Below are positions 26,149 to 38,435 of a stretch of 64,000 nucleotides of DNA, piece after piece. Origin of the DNA: Eledone cirrhosa. Taxonomy: Eukaryota. The translations under genes were made by a program, and so were the position numbers. Each line of letters starts with the position of its first letter. The stretch's first letter is position 1. The notes below the pieces were generated by a model. It was given only the letters and a program-made list of their open reading frames with translations. It was not told the origin of the DNA and ran no database searches. The DNA lies in contig OZ024744.1 in assembly GCA_964016885.1 (NCBI GenBank), forward strand, positions 57,350,001 through 57,414,000. The letters are read 5' to 3'.

Positions 26149-26360
26149 TATATATATATAGTCTAATGCTTAAGGGTATATATATATATATATATATACA
26201 TATATGATTAGATCTTGTACTTAATGAAAGTTAAGGTGCCAACTCACAATACATTTCACCAATTTTGTATAACTGAACATAGATAAATAAAATTAAAAAC
26301 ACCAGCTGAAGCTTATGTTATAGTTACTGGCTTGAACTTTTTAACTTAACATCCTAGCAA

Positions 26361-27558
26361 TGTTATGTTGGACCAGTATTGTACTCAATATTATGTTGGA
26401 CCAGTATTGTAAATAGCTCAATGTTATGTTGGACCAGTATTGTACTCAGTGTTATGTTGGACCAGTATTGTAAATAGCTCAATATTATGTTGGGCCAGTA
26501 TTGTAAATAGTTCAATGTTATGTTGGACCAGTATTGTAAATAGCTCAATGTTATGTTGGATCAGTATTGTACTCAATATTATGTTGGACCAGTATTGTAA
26601 ATAGCTCAATGTTATGTTGGACCAGTATTGTACTCAGTGTTATGTTGGACCAATATTGTAAATAGCTCAATATTATGTTGGGCCAGTATTGTAAATAGCT
26701 CAATATTATGTTGGACCAATATTGTAAATAGCTCAATGTTATGTTGGACCAGTATTGTACTCAGTGTTATGTTGGACCAGTATTGTAAATAGCTCAATGT
26801 TATGTTGGACCAGTATTGTACTCAGTGTTATGTTGGACCAGTACTGTAAATAGCTCAATATTATGTTGGGCCAGTATTGTACTCAATATTATGTTGGACC
26901 AGTATTGTAAATAGCTCAATATTATGTTGGACCAATATTGTAAATAGCTCAATGTTATGTTGGACCAGTATTGTACTCAGTGTTATGTTGGACCAGTATT
27001 GTAAATAGCTCAATATTATGTTGGACCAGTATTGTAAATAGCTCAATGTTATGTTGGACCAGTATTGTAAATAGCTCAATGTTATGTTGGACCAGTATTG
27101 CACTCAATATTATGTTGGGACAGTATTGTAAATAGCTCAATGTTATGTTGGACCAGTATTGTACTCAATATTATGTTGGACCAGTATTGTAAATAGCTCA
27201 ATATTATGTTGGACCAGTATTGTAAATAGCTCAATGTCATGTTGGACCAGTATTGTAAATAGCTCAATGTTATGTTGGATCAGTATTGTACTCAATATTA
27301 TGTTGGACCAGTATTGTAAATAGCTCAATATTATGTTGGATCAGTATTGTAAATAGCTCAATATTATGTTGGACCAGTATTGTAAATAGCTCAATATTAT
27401 GTTGGACCAGTATTGTGAATTGCTCAATATTATGTTGGACCAGTATTGTAAATAGCTCAATATTATGTTGGACCAGTATTGTAAATAGCTCAATATTATG
27501 TTGGACCAGTATTGTAAATAGCTCAATGTCATGTTGGATCAGTATTGTAAATAGCTCA
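26361..27558. repeat. Minisatellite of interspersed 33-bp and 28-bp units (roughly 35-40 units)
   Basis: tattatgttggaccagtattgtaaatagctcaa (33 bp) and tgttatgttggaccagtattgtactcaa (28 bp). Confidence 0.95.
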
Positions 27559-27877
27559 AAAGAGAAAACAAGAGTGTTTTCAGTACTCTGGGAAATTGTG
27601 TGTGTGTGTGTGTGGGGGGGGGGGGGGGGTATCCTCTACAAGTTTAAGGTAGACTAAGATAATCTTTTTTAGGTGATGAAAATCAAATTCTTAGTTCCCT
27701 GAGAAACAGACAAATGAGCTGATGCACCAATGTGCTAGCAGAACCCTTCTCTTTGATAAGTCCCTGCCCCTCACCTGTCCATAAAGTTCAATCTGCATGA
27801 AGCAGATGTATTTGGAGGTTCTTGGCCCTTCATATTTGATTGACATGAAAAATATTGGGTAGAGATAGCAACATTGT

Positions 27878-28054
27878 TGGATTGGCAGTATCACTAGATC
27901 ATCAGACACCATGCTTTGCAGCATAGAGTTATGGCCTTTTACGTTCTGAGTTCAAATCCCGCAGAAGTTATCTTTGCCTTTCGTCCTTACAAAGTCGATA
28001 AAACAAAGCACCAGCAATGCACTGGAGTAATTGCTAGCCTTGTGCCTAAAGTAA
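27878..28054 (+). mobile_element. SINE family A, diverged
   Basis: tggattggcagtatc...gagttcaaatccc...cttgtgcctaaagta. Confidence 0.8.
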
Positions 28055-28545
28055 AATATTTATTTATATACGTGTATGGTGTGTTTTGGGGTGTGTACAC
28101 GTGTGTGTGTGTGTGTATATACATGTGTATGTGTGTGTGTCTGCATGTCTGTGTACATGTGTGTGTGTATGTGTGTGTGTTGTGCATGTGTGTGTGTATA
28201 TGAGGTATGGTTTATGCATATTTTACTAACAAAGAAAAAAAAAATTTCTTTTTTTAAGGTCATTTTCAAACTGTAAAGATATTAAAATATTGAAGCACAT
28301 ATCTTTGATAAAATATTTACCTTAACGAGGTGTTAAATGTATTAGATATATTATTACCTGTCTTTGTCTCTTATCTGATGTAGATTTAGGTAAGAGAGAA
28401 AGAAAGAAGAAAGGAGATAAAGAGAGAGAGAGATAGACCAACAGACAGATAGACAGAGACAGATATAAAGAGAGAGGGGAAGAAAGAGAAAGGGAGAAAG
28501 GTAGGGAGAGAGAGTGGAAAAGGAGGAGTGTGTGTGTTTGTGTAT

Positions 28546-28640
<95 letters not shown>

Positions 28641-28734
28641 GTAGAACACTGGAAACTAATATCCGTAGTGGTAGAGTACTCAGTCCATGGGACGAGTTTG
28701 GTAGAAGTAGCAACACAACAGCTAGTTCACCATA

Positions 28735-28775
28735 CTGAGAACTATTGTTTCACCTTATTCGGATCTTCAGCTCGG
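28735..28775 (-). ncRNA. Minimal type I hammerhead ribozyme motif (PLE pLTR-derived)
   Basis: Minus strand ccGAG-CUGAAGA-u-CC gaauaa GG-u-GAA-AC aaua GU-U-CUCag. Confidence 0.55.
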
Positions 28776-28849
28776 ACTCAAACAATTATATATATATATA
28801 TATATATATATATTAGTTTTGCGAGGTTTTTTATATGAAATCGTGTGTC

Positions 28850-29706
28850 GAAACAGATATTGTTATATTTGGGGAGGGTCATATTTGCGTAATATTGCCA
28901 GAATTAATAACAGAACACACTCACTGTTTGGTTGGTTTTCGCTTCTCGCTGTCTTTTATATATATATATCTGCGATCTAACTTACTCGGTCCTCAATGTT
29001 GCCATTGACTGACCGGCGGTCAAAAATAATACAGATACAATATAGACACAAACACATATATATAGTTTACATAATTTACATAAATCTTTCGTTGCACATC
29101 TGCAACATCGTCAGTGGTGTTATATTCATTGTTCCTCCTGTTGTGTTGTATGTCTACGCCATTTTTTTTTTGTTCAGTCTGTCTATATATTTATTTATTT
29201 ATTTGCTTGTTTGTTTATCTTATTTTATTTTGTCTTCTTTGCGCATGCGTTTGCGTGTGTGTATAGTGTGATGTGTGACTAGTGTGTATAGTGTTGTGTC
29301 TGCTGGGTGACTAGTGTGTGTTTATGTGCTTGTGTATGTATTTATTTATCTTATTTTATTTAATTTTATTTACTTATTTATACTTCTCTTAGGTCAGTGT
29401 TGTTTGTTTGGGTGTTGTTGTTGTTCCACTCATTCTTTCTGTTTAGCTTTGGTCTTCTAATTTCTATTTCACTGGCCTCTCTGATTTGCCTATCTGCTGG
29501 GTCATTCCTATGTTTAGATATTATTCTAATTTCTATGTTGTCTATGTTACCGTCATGTTGTTGTCTAGCATGTTCGTATAGTACTGACCCGTTTTTTCGT
29601 CCTTTTTCGTCCTTAAAGACAGCGAGAAGCGAAAACCAACCAAACAGTGAGTGTGTTCTGTTATTAATTCTGGCAATATTACGCAAATATGACCCTCCCC
29701 AAATAT

Positions 29707-29712
<6 letters not shown>
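28850..29712 (-). mobile_element. Penelope-like element remnant: GIY-YIG C-terminus between inverted pLTR pieces
   Basis: ORF 29378-29686 ends SVLYEHARQQH...RQIREASEIEIRRPKLNRKNEW; 28855-28955 and 29617-29712 are inverted copies; a third copy lies at 22390-22553. Confidence 0.65.
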
Positions 29713-29757
<45 letters not shown>

Positions 29758-30610
29758 AAAGAACACAAGAGCGTCTACAACATCAAAGATTTTTATTGGC
29801 TTACAATGTTTCTTCCTTACGTAACCGTAGGATTCTTCAGAGCTATAAAAGGGGTTTGATTGGTGTTATGGACTCTACCAACCAAACATTCAAGAACAAA
29901 GAGTAAAGAGAGTAAAGAGCAAAAGAAAGTGAGGTTTGTTTTACAAAATGAAAAATAACCGAGGTGTCCTACACGAGTGAAAGTATAAAGAAAAAAAGAT
30001 GAAATCGAAAATGCAACTGGAGTCCTTTTTTTAAAAATATATATTTATTTATTTGGTTCCTTTACCGGTTTCGCAGTTCTTCTGCTTTTCAAAAGTAGAG
30101 TTGAGATGGAGGGTCTGTGGTTTTTCTCACATCTGGTTGGTCTTTGAATGTTACTTGTTTTATATGGAAAAAAGTGGCTCGAAACGCCAGGTTTTTAGAG
30201 AAGTAATTTCGCGCCAGTTCGAGTTACAAAGTTCTTCAAACAAGTGTGTGTGCGTGTGTGTGTGTGTGTGGGGGGGGGGGGGGGCTCAGGTTGTTTTTTT
30301 GTATATGAGTGTTTGAATTTCTTTTTACTTTAAAAAAAGGGTGCTCACGAAGGCTTTTTTTTAATAAACGTAATTTGATTGGTTATAAATGAAATTATGG
30401 CACGTGAACAAGTTTTCATTAAATTTCGCGCCTGTATTTGGAAATTTATTCTGTAGCCTTTTTAGAGAATTTTATGACAAGCAAAAGATAATGGTCAAGA
30501 GAAATCGGATGGGAGAATTGTTCTGGTTCAGTGAATATAGTTAGTTCGCTGGGGTGTCAGAATTCAGATTTTCTATTGAAATAAAGAAAGTAAATATATG
30601 TATGTTTATT

Positions 30611-30700
<90 letters not shown>

Positions 30701-30954
30701 TAGAGAGAGAGAGAGGGGGAAAGAGATAGTTTTCTAATTTCCGTTACTTTGTGCACAGAAAATGGTTGCAGATATTCCAGTAAATATTAAGTTTATATTT
30801 ATTTATTCATATTATTTTAAAATTAAGTTATATTAAACAATAAATGAGATAAATTCTAAGGTATGCTTGACGAATTGATTAAAATAAATTGTGACGATAA
30901 CAATACTGAAATAAAATGGTAGCTTTGATAGCATATCTTTAGAAATAATACTGA

Positions 30955-32005
30955 TATTAGAGCAATGACCTTGATATCAGAGTTATAATCTTGATACGTT
31001 GATGGTATGGCTATGACCTTAATATTAGGCACTGACCTTGATATTAAGGGCTATAACTTCGATATTAGAGTAATAACCTCAATATTAGAGCAATAACCTC
31101 AATATTAGAGTAATAATCTTGATATTAGAGTAATAACCTCAATATTAGAGGAATGACCTCAATATTAGAGTAATGACCTTAATATTAGAGTAATAACCTC
31201 AATATTTGAGTAATAACCTCAATATTAGAGCAATAACCTCAATATTAGAGTAATATCCTTGATATTAGAGTAATAACCTCAATATTAGAGGAATGACCTC
31301 AATATTAGAGTAATGACCTTAATATTAGAGTAATAACCTCAATATTAGAGTAATAACCTCAATATTAGAGCAATAACCTCAATATTAGAGTAATAATCTT
31401 GATATTAGAGTAATAACCTCAATATTAGAGCAATAACCTCAATATTAGAGTAATATCCTTGATATTAGAGTAATAACCTCGATATTACAGTAATAACTTT
31501 GCTATTAGAGTAATAACTTTGATATTAGAGTAGTAATCCCGATATTAGAGTTTTAACCACGATATTAGAGCCCTGACCTTGATATTAGTGCACTGACCTT
31601 GATATTAGATTAATGACCTTAGTATTAGAGCTATGCTATTAGTGCTATGACATAGGAATTGATGCAATGACCGTGATATTGAGCAATGAACTTGATATTG
31701 AACAAAGACCTTGATGTTAGAACAATGACCATGATATTAAAGTAATGACCTTGATAGAACTATGGCATTGATATTGGAACAATGACCTTGACGGTAGAGC
31801 AACTGACCTTGATATTAAGGGTAATAGCTTAATATTTATAGCTATGAGCTTTATAGTAGTGCAAAAACATTGATATGAGTTATGACATTGCTATTGGAGT
31901 AATGATCTTGATAGAGCTATGACATAGGTATTGGAACAACGATCTTGATAGAACTATGACATTGATATTGGAGCAATGACCTTGATATTAGAGCTATAAT
32001 ATTGA
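30955..32005. repeat. 20-bp minisatellite with homogeneous core and decayed flanks
   Basis: aatattagagtaataacctc nearly in phase across 31061-31560. Confidence 0.95.
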
Positions 32006-32209
32006 TGTGCGGATCAGAAGGGAAAATTCAGGCAAAGCAATAAGATTTAAAAAATGAGAAAACAAAAGCCATAATTAATTAGCATTGAGAACAAATTAAT
32101 TGCAATTATTGAATGTGTTTCCCTAGTATGACTACAGTCCAATGACTGAATCAGTAAACAAATAAAAATAAATATAAAAAATCTAACAGTTAACCAAAGT
32201 TCTTGACAA

Positions 32210-32335
32210 CAGGCGCTGAGCTGGCCAGCCGCAGGTGTGAGCCCCGCGAGTTGGAGTGGCTTTTCCAGCGTGTCTCCCTTGTCGCCCTCCGAGGAAATGC
32301 CTTCTCCATTCTGTCTGCTGGGGCTGTGGGTGGGG
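32210..32335 (+). mobile_element. CRE-clade non-LTR 3' end fragment
   Basis: GAELASRRCEPRELEWLFQRVSLVALRGNAFSILSAG matches the CRE terminal LFQRxSxxxxRGNAxS motif. Confidence 0.7.
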
Positions 32336-32419
32336 GCCCCATCACGTATCTTTCCATTGCAGTAAGTTTTTAAAAAGCTTGAAATGAAGAAGGAATGGGG
32401 CTTTAGCTGTAGTCATATA

Positions 32420-33195
32420 ACTGTTAGTCAGTGTCCACTTAGCTGAGCAATGAAAACACACCTCTGGTCCTCAGCAGTCTGTTAGTCAGTGTCACCTTAG
32501 CTGAGCAGTAAAAACACACCTCTGGTCCTCAGGAGTCTGTTAGTCATTGTTACCCCACCATAGGTCCTCACTAGTCTGTTAGTCAGTATCACCTTAGCTG
32601 AGCAGTGAAAACATATCTCTGGTCCTCACCAGTCTTTAGTCAGTGTTACTTTAGCTGAGCAGTGAAAACACACCTCTGGTCATCACCAGTCTGTTACTGT
32701 AGTCAGTGTCACCTTAGCTGAGCTGGGAAAACTCACCTCTGGTTCTCAGTAGTCTGTTAGTCAGTGTCACCTTAGCTGAACATGGAAAACATACCTCTGG
32801 TCCCCAGGAATATGTTATTCATTGTCACCATAGTTCAGCATTGAAAACACACCTCTGGGACCCAGAAGTCTATTAATCATTGTCCCTTTAGCTGAGCAGT
32901 GAAAATACACATCTGATCCTCAGTAGTCTGTTACTCAATGTCACCTTAGCTGAACAGTGAAAATACATCTTGGACCATCAGCAGTCAACAGCCTGTTACT
33001 CAGTGTCACCTTAGCTAAGCAGTAAAAACATAACTCTGGTCCTCACCAGTCTTTTAGTCAGTGTCACCTCAGCTGAGCAGTGAAAACACACCTCTGGTCC
33101 TCAGCAATCACCAGTCTGTTAGTCAGTGTCACCTCAGCTGAACAGTGAAAACACACCTCTGGTCCTCACTAGTCTGTTAGTCAGTGTCACCTAGG
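32420..33195. repeat. ~58-bp minisatellite, about 13 diverged units
   Basis: agtctgttagtcagtgtcaccttagctgagcagtgaaaacacacctctggtcctcacc. Confidence 0.92.
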
Positions 33196-34318
33196 CTGGT
33201 TTTAAATGACAGCCTGCTTCTGGATGTAACAATGTTTCTATGTTTGTTGATGGAAAGCAGAACACGTTCACTGAGAAATCTTTTTATATTGATCAAAACT
33301 ATACATATCATCAATCACTTTTTTCCAGTGCTAGTATGTGTTCTGTTTTTGTTGGACATCTAATCCCAAAGGTGTGCACTGAATCTTATCAAGAGGTAAA
33401 ATACACAAATATTGTATCATCAATGCATCAAAAGTGCAGAATGCAACGATAGCTTCTAAGCAAAAGAAACATTAACGCTAATCATGCTGGTTAAACTGTG
33501 ACCTTTATAACAATGTGCCCCACCCCCAATTTTTCCTTAATATAAACCAAAGAAATGTGGTAAGGAGTTTAGTTTGAAATTGTTCAACAGTGAATGACTT
33601 AAACTTTATCCTTGGCTTATCTATGACATCACAAATGTCAAGCTTCATGTTAATTAACATTGTAAAGTATTCATGAATAGTAATACTTTTACTTTTAAAA
33701 AACTGTAACCCCCCCAGCTCATGTGAAAAGTGCTTGTCATTAGCAAACCACAATGAAGGGAATAGATGATGAAGTTGATAGACTGTCAAGGGAACACAAA
33801 AGCACAAACATCAATGCTAGGTTAATTAACATTGTACGCAAGCAGAAAATAGCAGGCAACCAAGGATATTTGAACAATTACTATTGAAACTATTATTCTC
33901 TGCTCAAAGCCTCTAGACTAATTGGCATAAAGTCACACACAGACTTACATCAGCCTCTAGCCCACATATGTACTGTCTCTTCCTTTTGCCTTTTCTATTG
34001 GTAGTTCAATGGCCTCTCCTCCTCAGAGTTGGTTAATCTCATGGCCCATCTACTCAGACATTCACTACTTATTTACCTCCACTACTTACATCACTTATCT
34101 TGTGTCCATTCAGAGGATCTATCCTAACATACATGCCCAGTTTTTCCAACCCAGAATGTTCGATCCTCTGGAACTTCCTCTCTGCTCATGTCTTGCATAC
34201 AAAAATCAAATTACAACAGTTTCAATGAAACATAATTAACATCAATCTCGCCAGTCTCTGTGGGCTTAAGCCATGGTCAATGATGTTTCCTCCAGATCTT
34301 CTTCTTCTTCTTCTTCTT

Positions 34319-34349
<31 letters not shown>

Positions 34350-35457
34350 GGAGGGTCATGGGGGCAGAGTCCTCAAACACTCCTTGCAGCAGTACCTGTC
34401 AGAAGCAACCATCTCCAACTGACTGATCCAGCTGGACCCCCAAGATATTATCCATTTTGCTCAGGGTCTACTCCTGGGTCTCCTGCTAGTTGGCTTTGTC
34501 CTGCAGATCTAGCAAACAAAAATAAAAATAAAAAAATAGTTCAGCAAGTTTGTACATAAAATGGCAGTGACTTAGTAATTATTATTTTTAATATCTACAC
34601 CTTAGGTCCAAGGAACTTCCTTCACGAGGGAAAAAAGTGACGTCATGTATTATCCAAAATGAAAATGTTGATATAATGTCTAAACATGGCAAATGATATG
34701 TAAAAAATGTTTATGATATTCCCTTATTGCCAATAAAATGTTAGGTGTCAGTTGGATTAATTATTCCATTGCCATATTTATCAGAAAAGAGATTGCCTAT
34801 AATTTTCAAATAGTTTTAAAAACAAGGAATAATTTGGCGGCATTTAATAATAAGAAAACTTTCTCCTTATTAATCTTGTGTTGGAAACATAGCTTAACAA
34901 ATGTTTGATATAAAATGATGATGTTAGCTTTATACATAAACATAAATACTTTTTTTAATTGTATAATTAGTAGTTTCAGGTGGTTTGGTATCGAGAGGGT
35001 TAAGCAAATTACAATATGCCTTAGATTCATCACTGAAGAATAAATTTGAAAGTTTGTAATAGGATTCTATGCAATGCCATCTACTTGAGGAAATATTCTC
35101 TATGAGTTTGTCAAAAATTCATTTAGGATGCTGGAGTTGAAATATGGCAAAATTGTCGGAGAGTGTTTTTATGGCTCAGTAAATATAAAAACGTTTTTAG
35201 AGAGGCTTAGCTGTTCAAAATAAGAACAAAACTACTTCAACAAATTTCTACTTGTATTTTAGAATAGGGGTCACACATGCACGGATGGAGAATTCTATAT
35301 TATCGTTTTATCTGTTCAATGTACGTATGTATGTACATATATATGTACATACATATATGTATGTCCATACATATATATACGCAAGTATGTATGTAAGTAA
35401 GTATGTATGTATGTACATATATATGTACATATATATGTACGTAAGTATGTATATATG

Positions 35458-35588
35458 TAGTGTTTGTACCAGAGTTTTCAAGTCGCTGGCTGGACTAAAA
35501 AGTTACACTCGTTCAGCGCATCGGTAGGGGTTCTCCTACATGGATATAAAGTAGTGGCCGTACTCGAAAACGAGTTGGCAGCCACCAT
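35458..35588. repeat. Unclassified ~130-bp interspersed element, copy 1
   Basis: Near-identical copy at 49767-49898; both are flanked by TA/TATG microsatellite. Confidence 0.85.
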
Positions 35589-36164
35589 GTATGTATAGAC
35601 TCATACCTCCTGATGGAGGCGTAAAGGCACCTTTGTGACATATGGCAGTCTGGGGTATTTTAAATGCGGCAGACCCCATCATCCCTCTCTAGGTTTGAAC
35701 CATGTCTTCCAGACAAACAGGGAGAGGGGAGAGAGAGAGAAGAAAGTGGGAGAGAGAGAGAGAAAGGGAGGGGTGAGAGTGAGAAAGAGAGAGAGAGACA
35801 TAGGGAGAGATGTAGAGAACGAATATCACCTAGTACTGGAATAGTATTTTATTTATCAACCTTGGCAAGATTTGAACTCAGAGCACAGATATGTACATGT
35901 TTGTGTTAATATGATATTTGAATATATTATTCCAGTGTTTGAATCAAAGTTCAGTTCAGGAAACACTTATATTACTTGTCATTGACCAAACCAAACAATG
36001 TAGTATGTATGTATGTGTGTACGTATATTTGTATGGATAGATGGGTGGATGTATGTATGTTTATATATATTTGTATGGATAGATGGGTGGATGTATGTAT
36101 GTATGTATGTATATATGTATGTATGTATTATGTATGTATGTATGTAGGTATGTATGTATGTATG

Positions 36165-36198
<34 letters not shown>

Positions 36199-36949
36199 TG
36201 TATATATGTATGTATACATGTATATATGTATGTATGCATATATGTATGTATGTATGTGTGTATGTATGTATGTTTGTTTGTATGTATATATATGTATATC
36301 CAGCCATCTATCCATACAAATCTTTCAGGTATCCCTCTATTTCCCCAATTGCAAATGTTCTGCTCACAATTATTACTGTATTTATCACTTCACTAGCTTC
36401 CACAACACATTTATTTTTACCCTCATTTTCTCTACCATGCTGCCTCTCTACGAAGTCATCTACTCTCCTCCTCTCTCTTACACTATTATTAGTGTTGTTT
36501 TATTTATCAGTTCACTTTCTCTTCAAAGTCATCTACTCCTATCCGTCTATTTTGCCATGAGATGCTACAGGCCATGATTTGGCTACCTACCTCTCAATTT
36601 CCCCTATTTAATTTCCCCAAATTTAGCCTATTTGACCAATTAAACCTCAGCATGCACCCCTCCCCCACTACCAATCCCAACAAACCCTGCCATTTCTACT
36701 ACTACCTACCTCTCTCCTCACCCGTCCCAGCCCCAACATACCCTGCCATTATTACCACCACCACTGTTCTTCTAGCCCTAAATTTTCCTACCGTTATGTA
36801 TGGATGAGCTGAGAATAAATGGAGCAACCCTGAATTAATAAATGAAAATGAATATGAATCCACGAGCTACCAAGCACCCATGTGAAGCTCCAATTCAGCG
36901 ACAGGAAGCACACGCACACCCCTGCAAAAATCGACCCTTACCCACGAAT

Positions 36950-37435
36950 GTTGACAAATGTCCCAAAACTCCGAGTTGGTACCATCAATGTAAGCACAAT
37001 GAAAGGAAGAGCAGGAGAAATCGTAGAGATGTTAAAGCGAAAGGAAAGTGATGTATGCTGTGTGCAAGAGACTAGATGAAGAGGAAAGTCTGCTAGAGTC
37101 CTTGTAGGCAAAAATCAGTGCTACAAATTTATCTGGGTGGGAAATGACGATGGGATGGGTGGTGTAGGTATCCTACTAGCTGACAAGTGGGTAGATAAAG
37201 TAATCTCAGTGTACAGGGTAAATGCAAGAATCATTAAACTCAGACTAGTCCTGAATAAAACAATTACCACAATAATATCAGCTTACGCACCCCAATCGGG
37301 GTTGCCAGATGAACTTAAGGATAGGTTTTACGAGTCCCTAATGCACACTACTGCCCTAACAAATGACAATGACTTCCTAATCATTGCAGGAGATTTTAAC
37401 GGACACATTGGGAAACACTGTGACGGCTTCAATAG
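36950..37435 (+). mobile_element. RTE LINE APE endonuclease fragment
   Basis: LRVGTINVSTMKGR...DVCCVQETR*...GGVGILLADKW...ISAYAPQSG...AGDFNGHIG. Confidence 0.88.
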
Positions 37436-38077
37436 AAGTCTCTTGCACACAGCATACATCAATTTCCTTTCGCTTTAACATCTCTACGATTTCTCCTGCT
37501 CGTCCTTTCATTGTGCTTACATTGATGGTACCAACTCGATTTTAACATTAGCATTATTCTTTAATAACATCAAATTTTCGCGTACCTTTCACCAGCTTGA
37601 CTTCTTTTCATCCCCAAAGTAATCTTTTCATTCAAAATGTTCTTTCCATTCAAAACTGAAGTCTGCATTCCTCTACCCCTAAATTAAATTTCTACTACTA
37701 CTATTCTATCAACTTGACCACTTACTACTTTCTATTGGTCAATTCAAAACATGTTCGCAAACAGACCTATTATTTTAAATCTTTGTTGTTTTTTTTTTCA
37801 GTAAACAAATATCATTATTTCTGAAGACAGCATATATATGTGTAGGTATGTATATTCCCTCTGGTAGTTTGTAAAATGTTTACATAGATCTATATGATAT
37901 ACATACCAACACACACATATATATCCTAGAAACGATCGTAAAATGATGAATATTTTAATATAAGGAACTGTTTCTTTGTTTTTATTAATTTATATATATA
38001 TATATATGGAGGCATATATATATATATATATATATATGGAGGCACATGGCTTAGTGGTTAGAGCATTGGCCTATATT

Positions 38078-38407
38078 TTCATCATTTACGTCCGCTTTTC
38101 CCTGCTTGCAAGGGTGGGATGGGAACTGATTTTGGCTTGATTTCTACAGCTGGATGCCCTTCCTAACACCAACCTCATTTACAGTGAGTGCTGTGTGCTT
38201 TTTTGCCGTGTCACCTCCACGACCACTTTGCAGTAGAATGATAGGGACCCCAGTCCCTAACATCTCATTTCTACAGCTGAGTAAACTGGAGCAATGTAAA
38301 ATAAAGTGTTTTGCTCAAGGAAACAACACATCACCCGGTCTGAGAATTGAACTCACAACCTTTCGATTGCAAGCCCAGTGCTCTAACCACTAAGCCATAT
38401 GCCTCCA
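38078..38407 (-). mobile_element. tRNA-head / RTE-tail SINE
   Basis: Head tggaggcatatggcttagtggttagagc; tail gcagggaaaagcggacgtaaatgatga; sister copy at 49910-50280. Confidence 0.8.
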
Positions 38408-38435
38408 TATATATATATGTATATATATATATATA

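Noticed and set aside
26361-33195. 28/33-, 20- and 58-bp arrays as CRISPR arrays
   Set aside because: No spacers, no cas genes, eukaryotic context.
33830-34200. Diverged repeat shared with 54050-54390 as a host gene duplicate
   Set aside because: No conserved ORF; more likely the 5' region of an old LINE family that I cannot classify.
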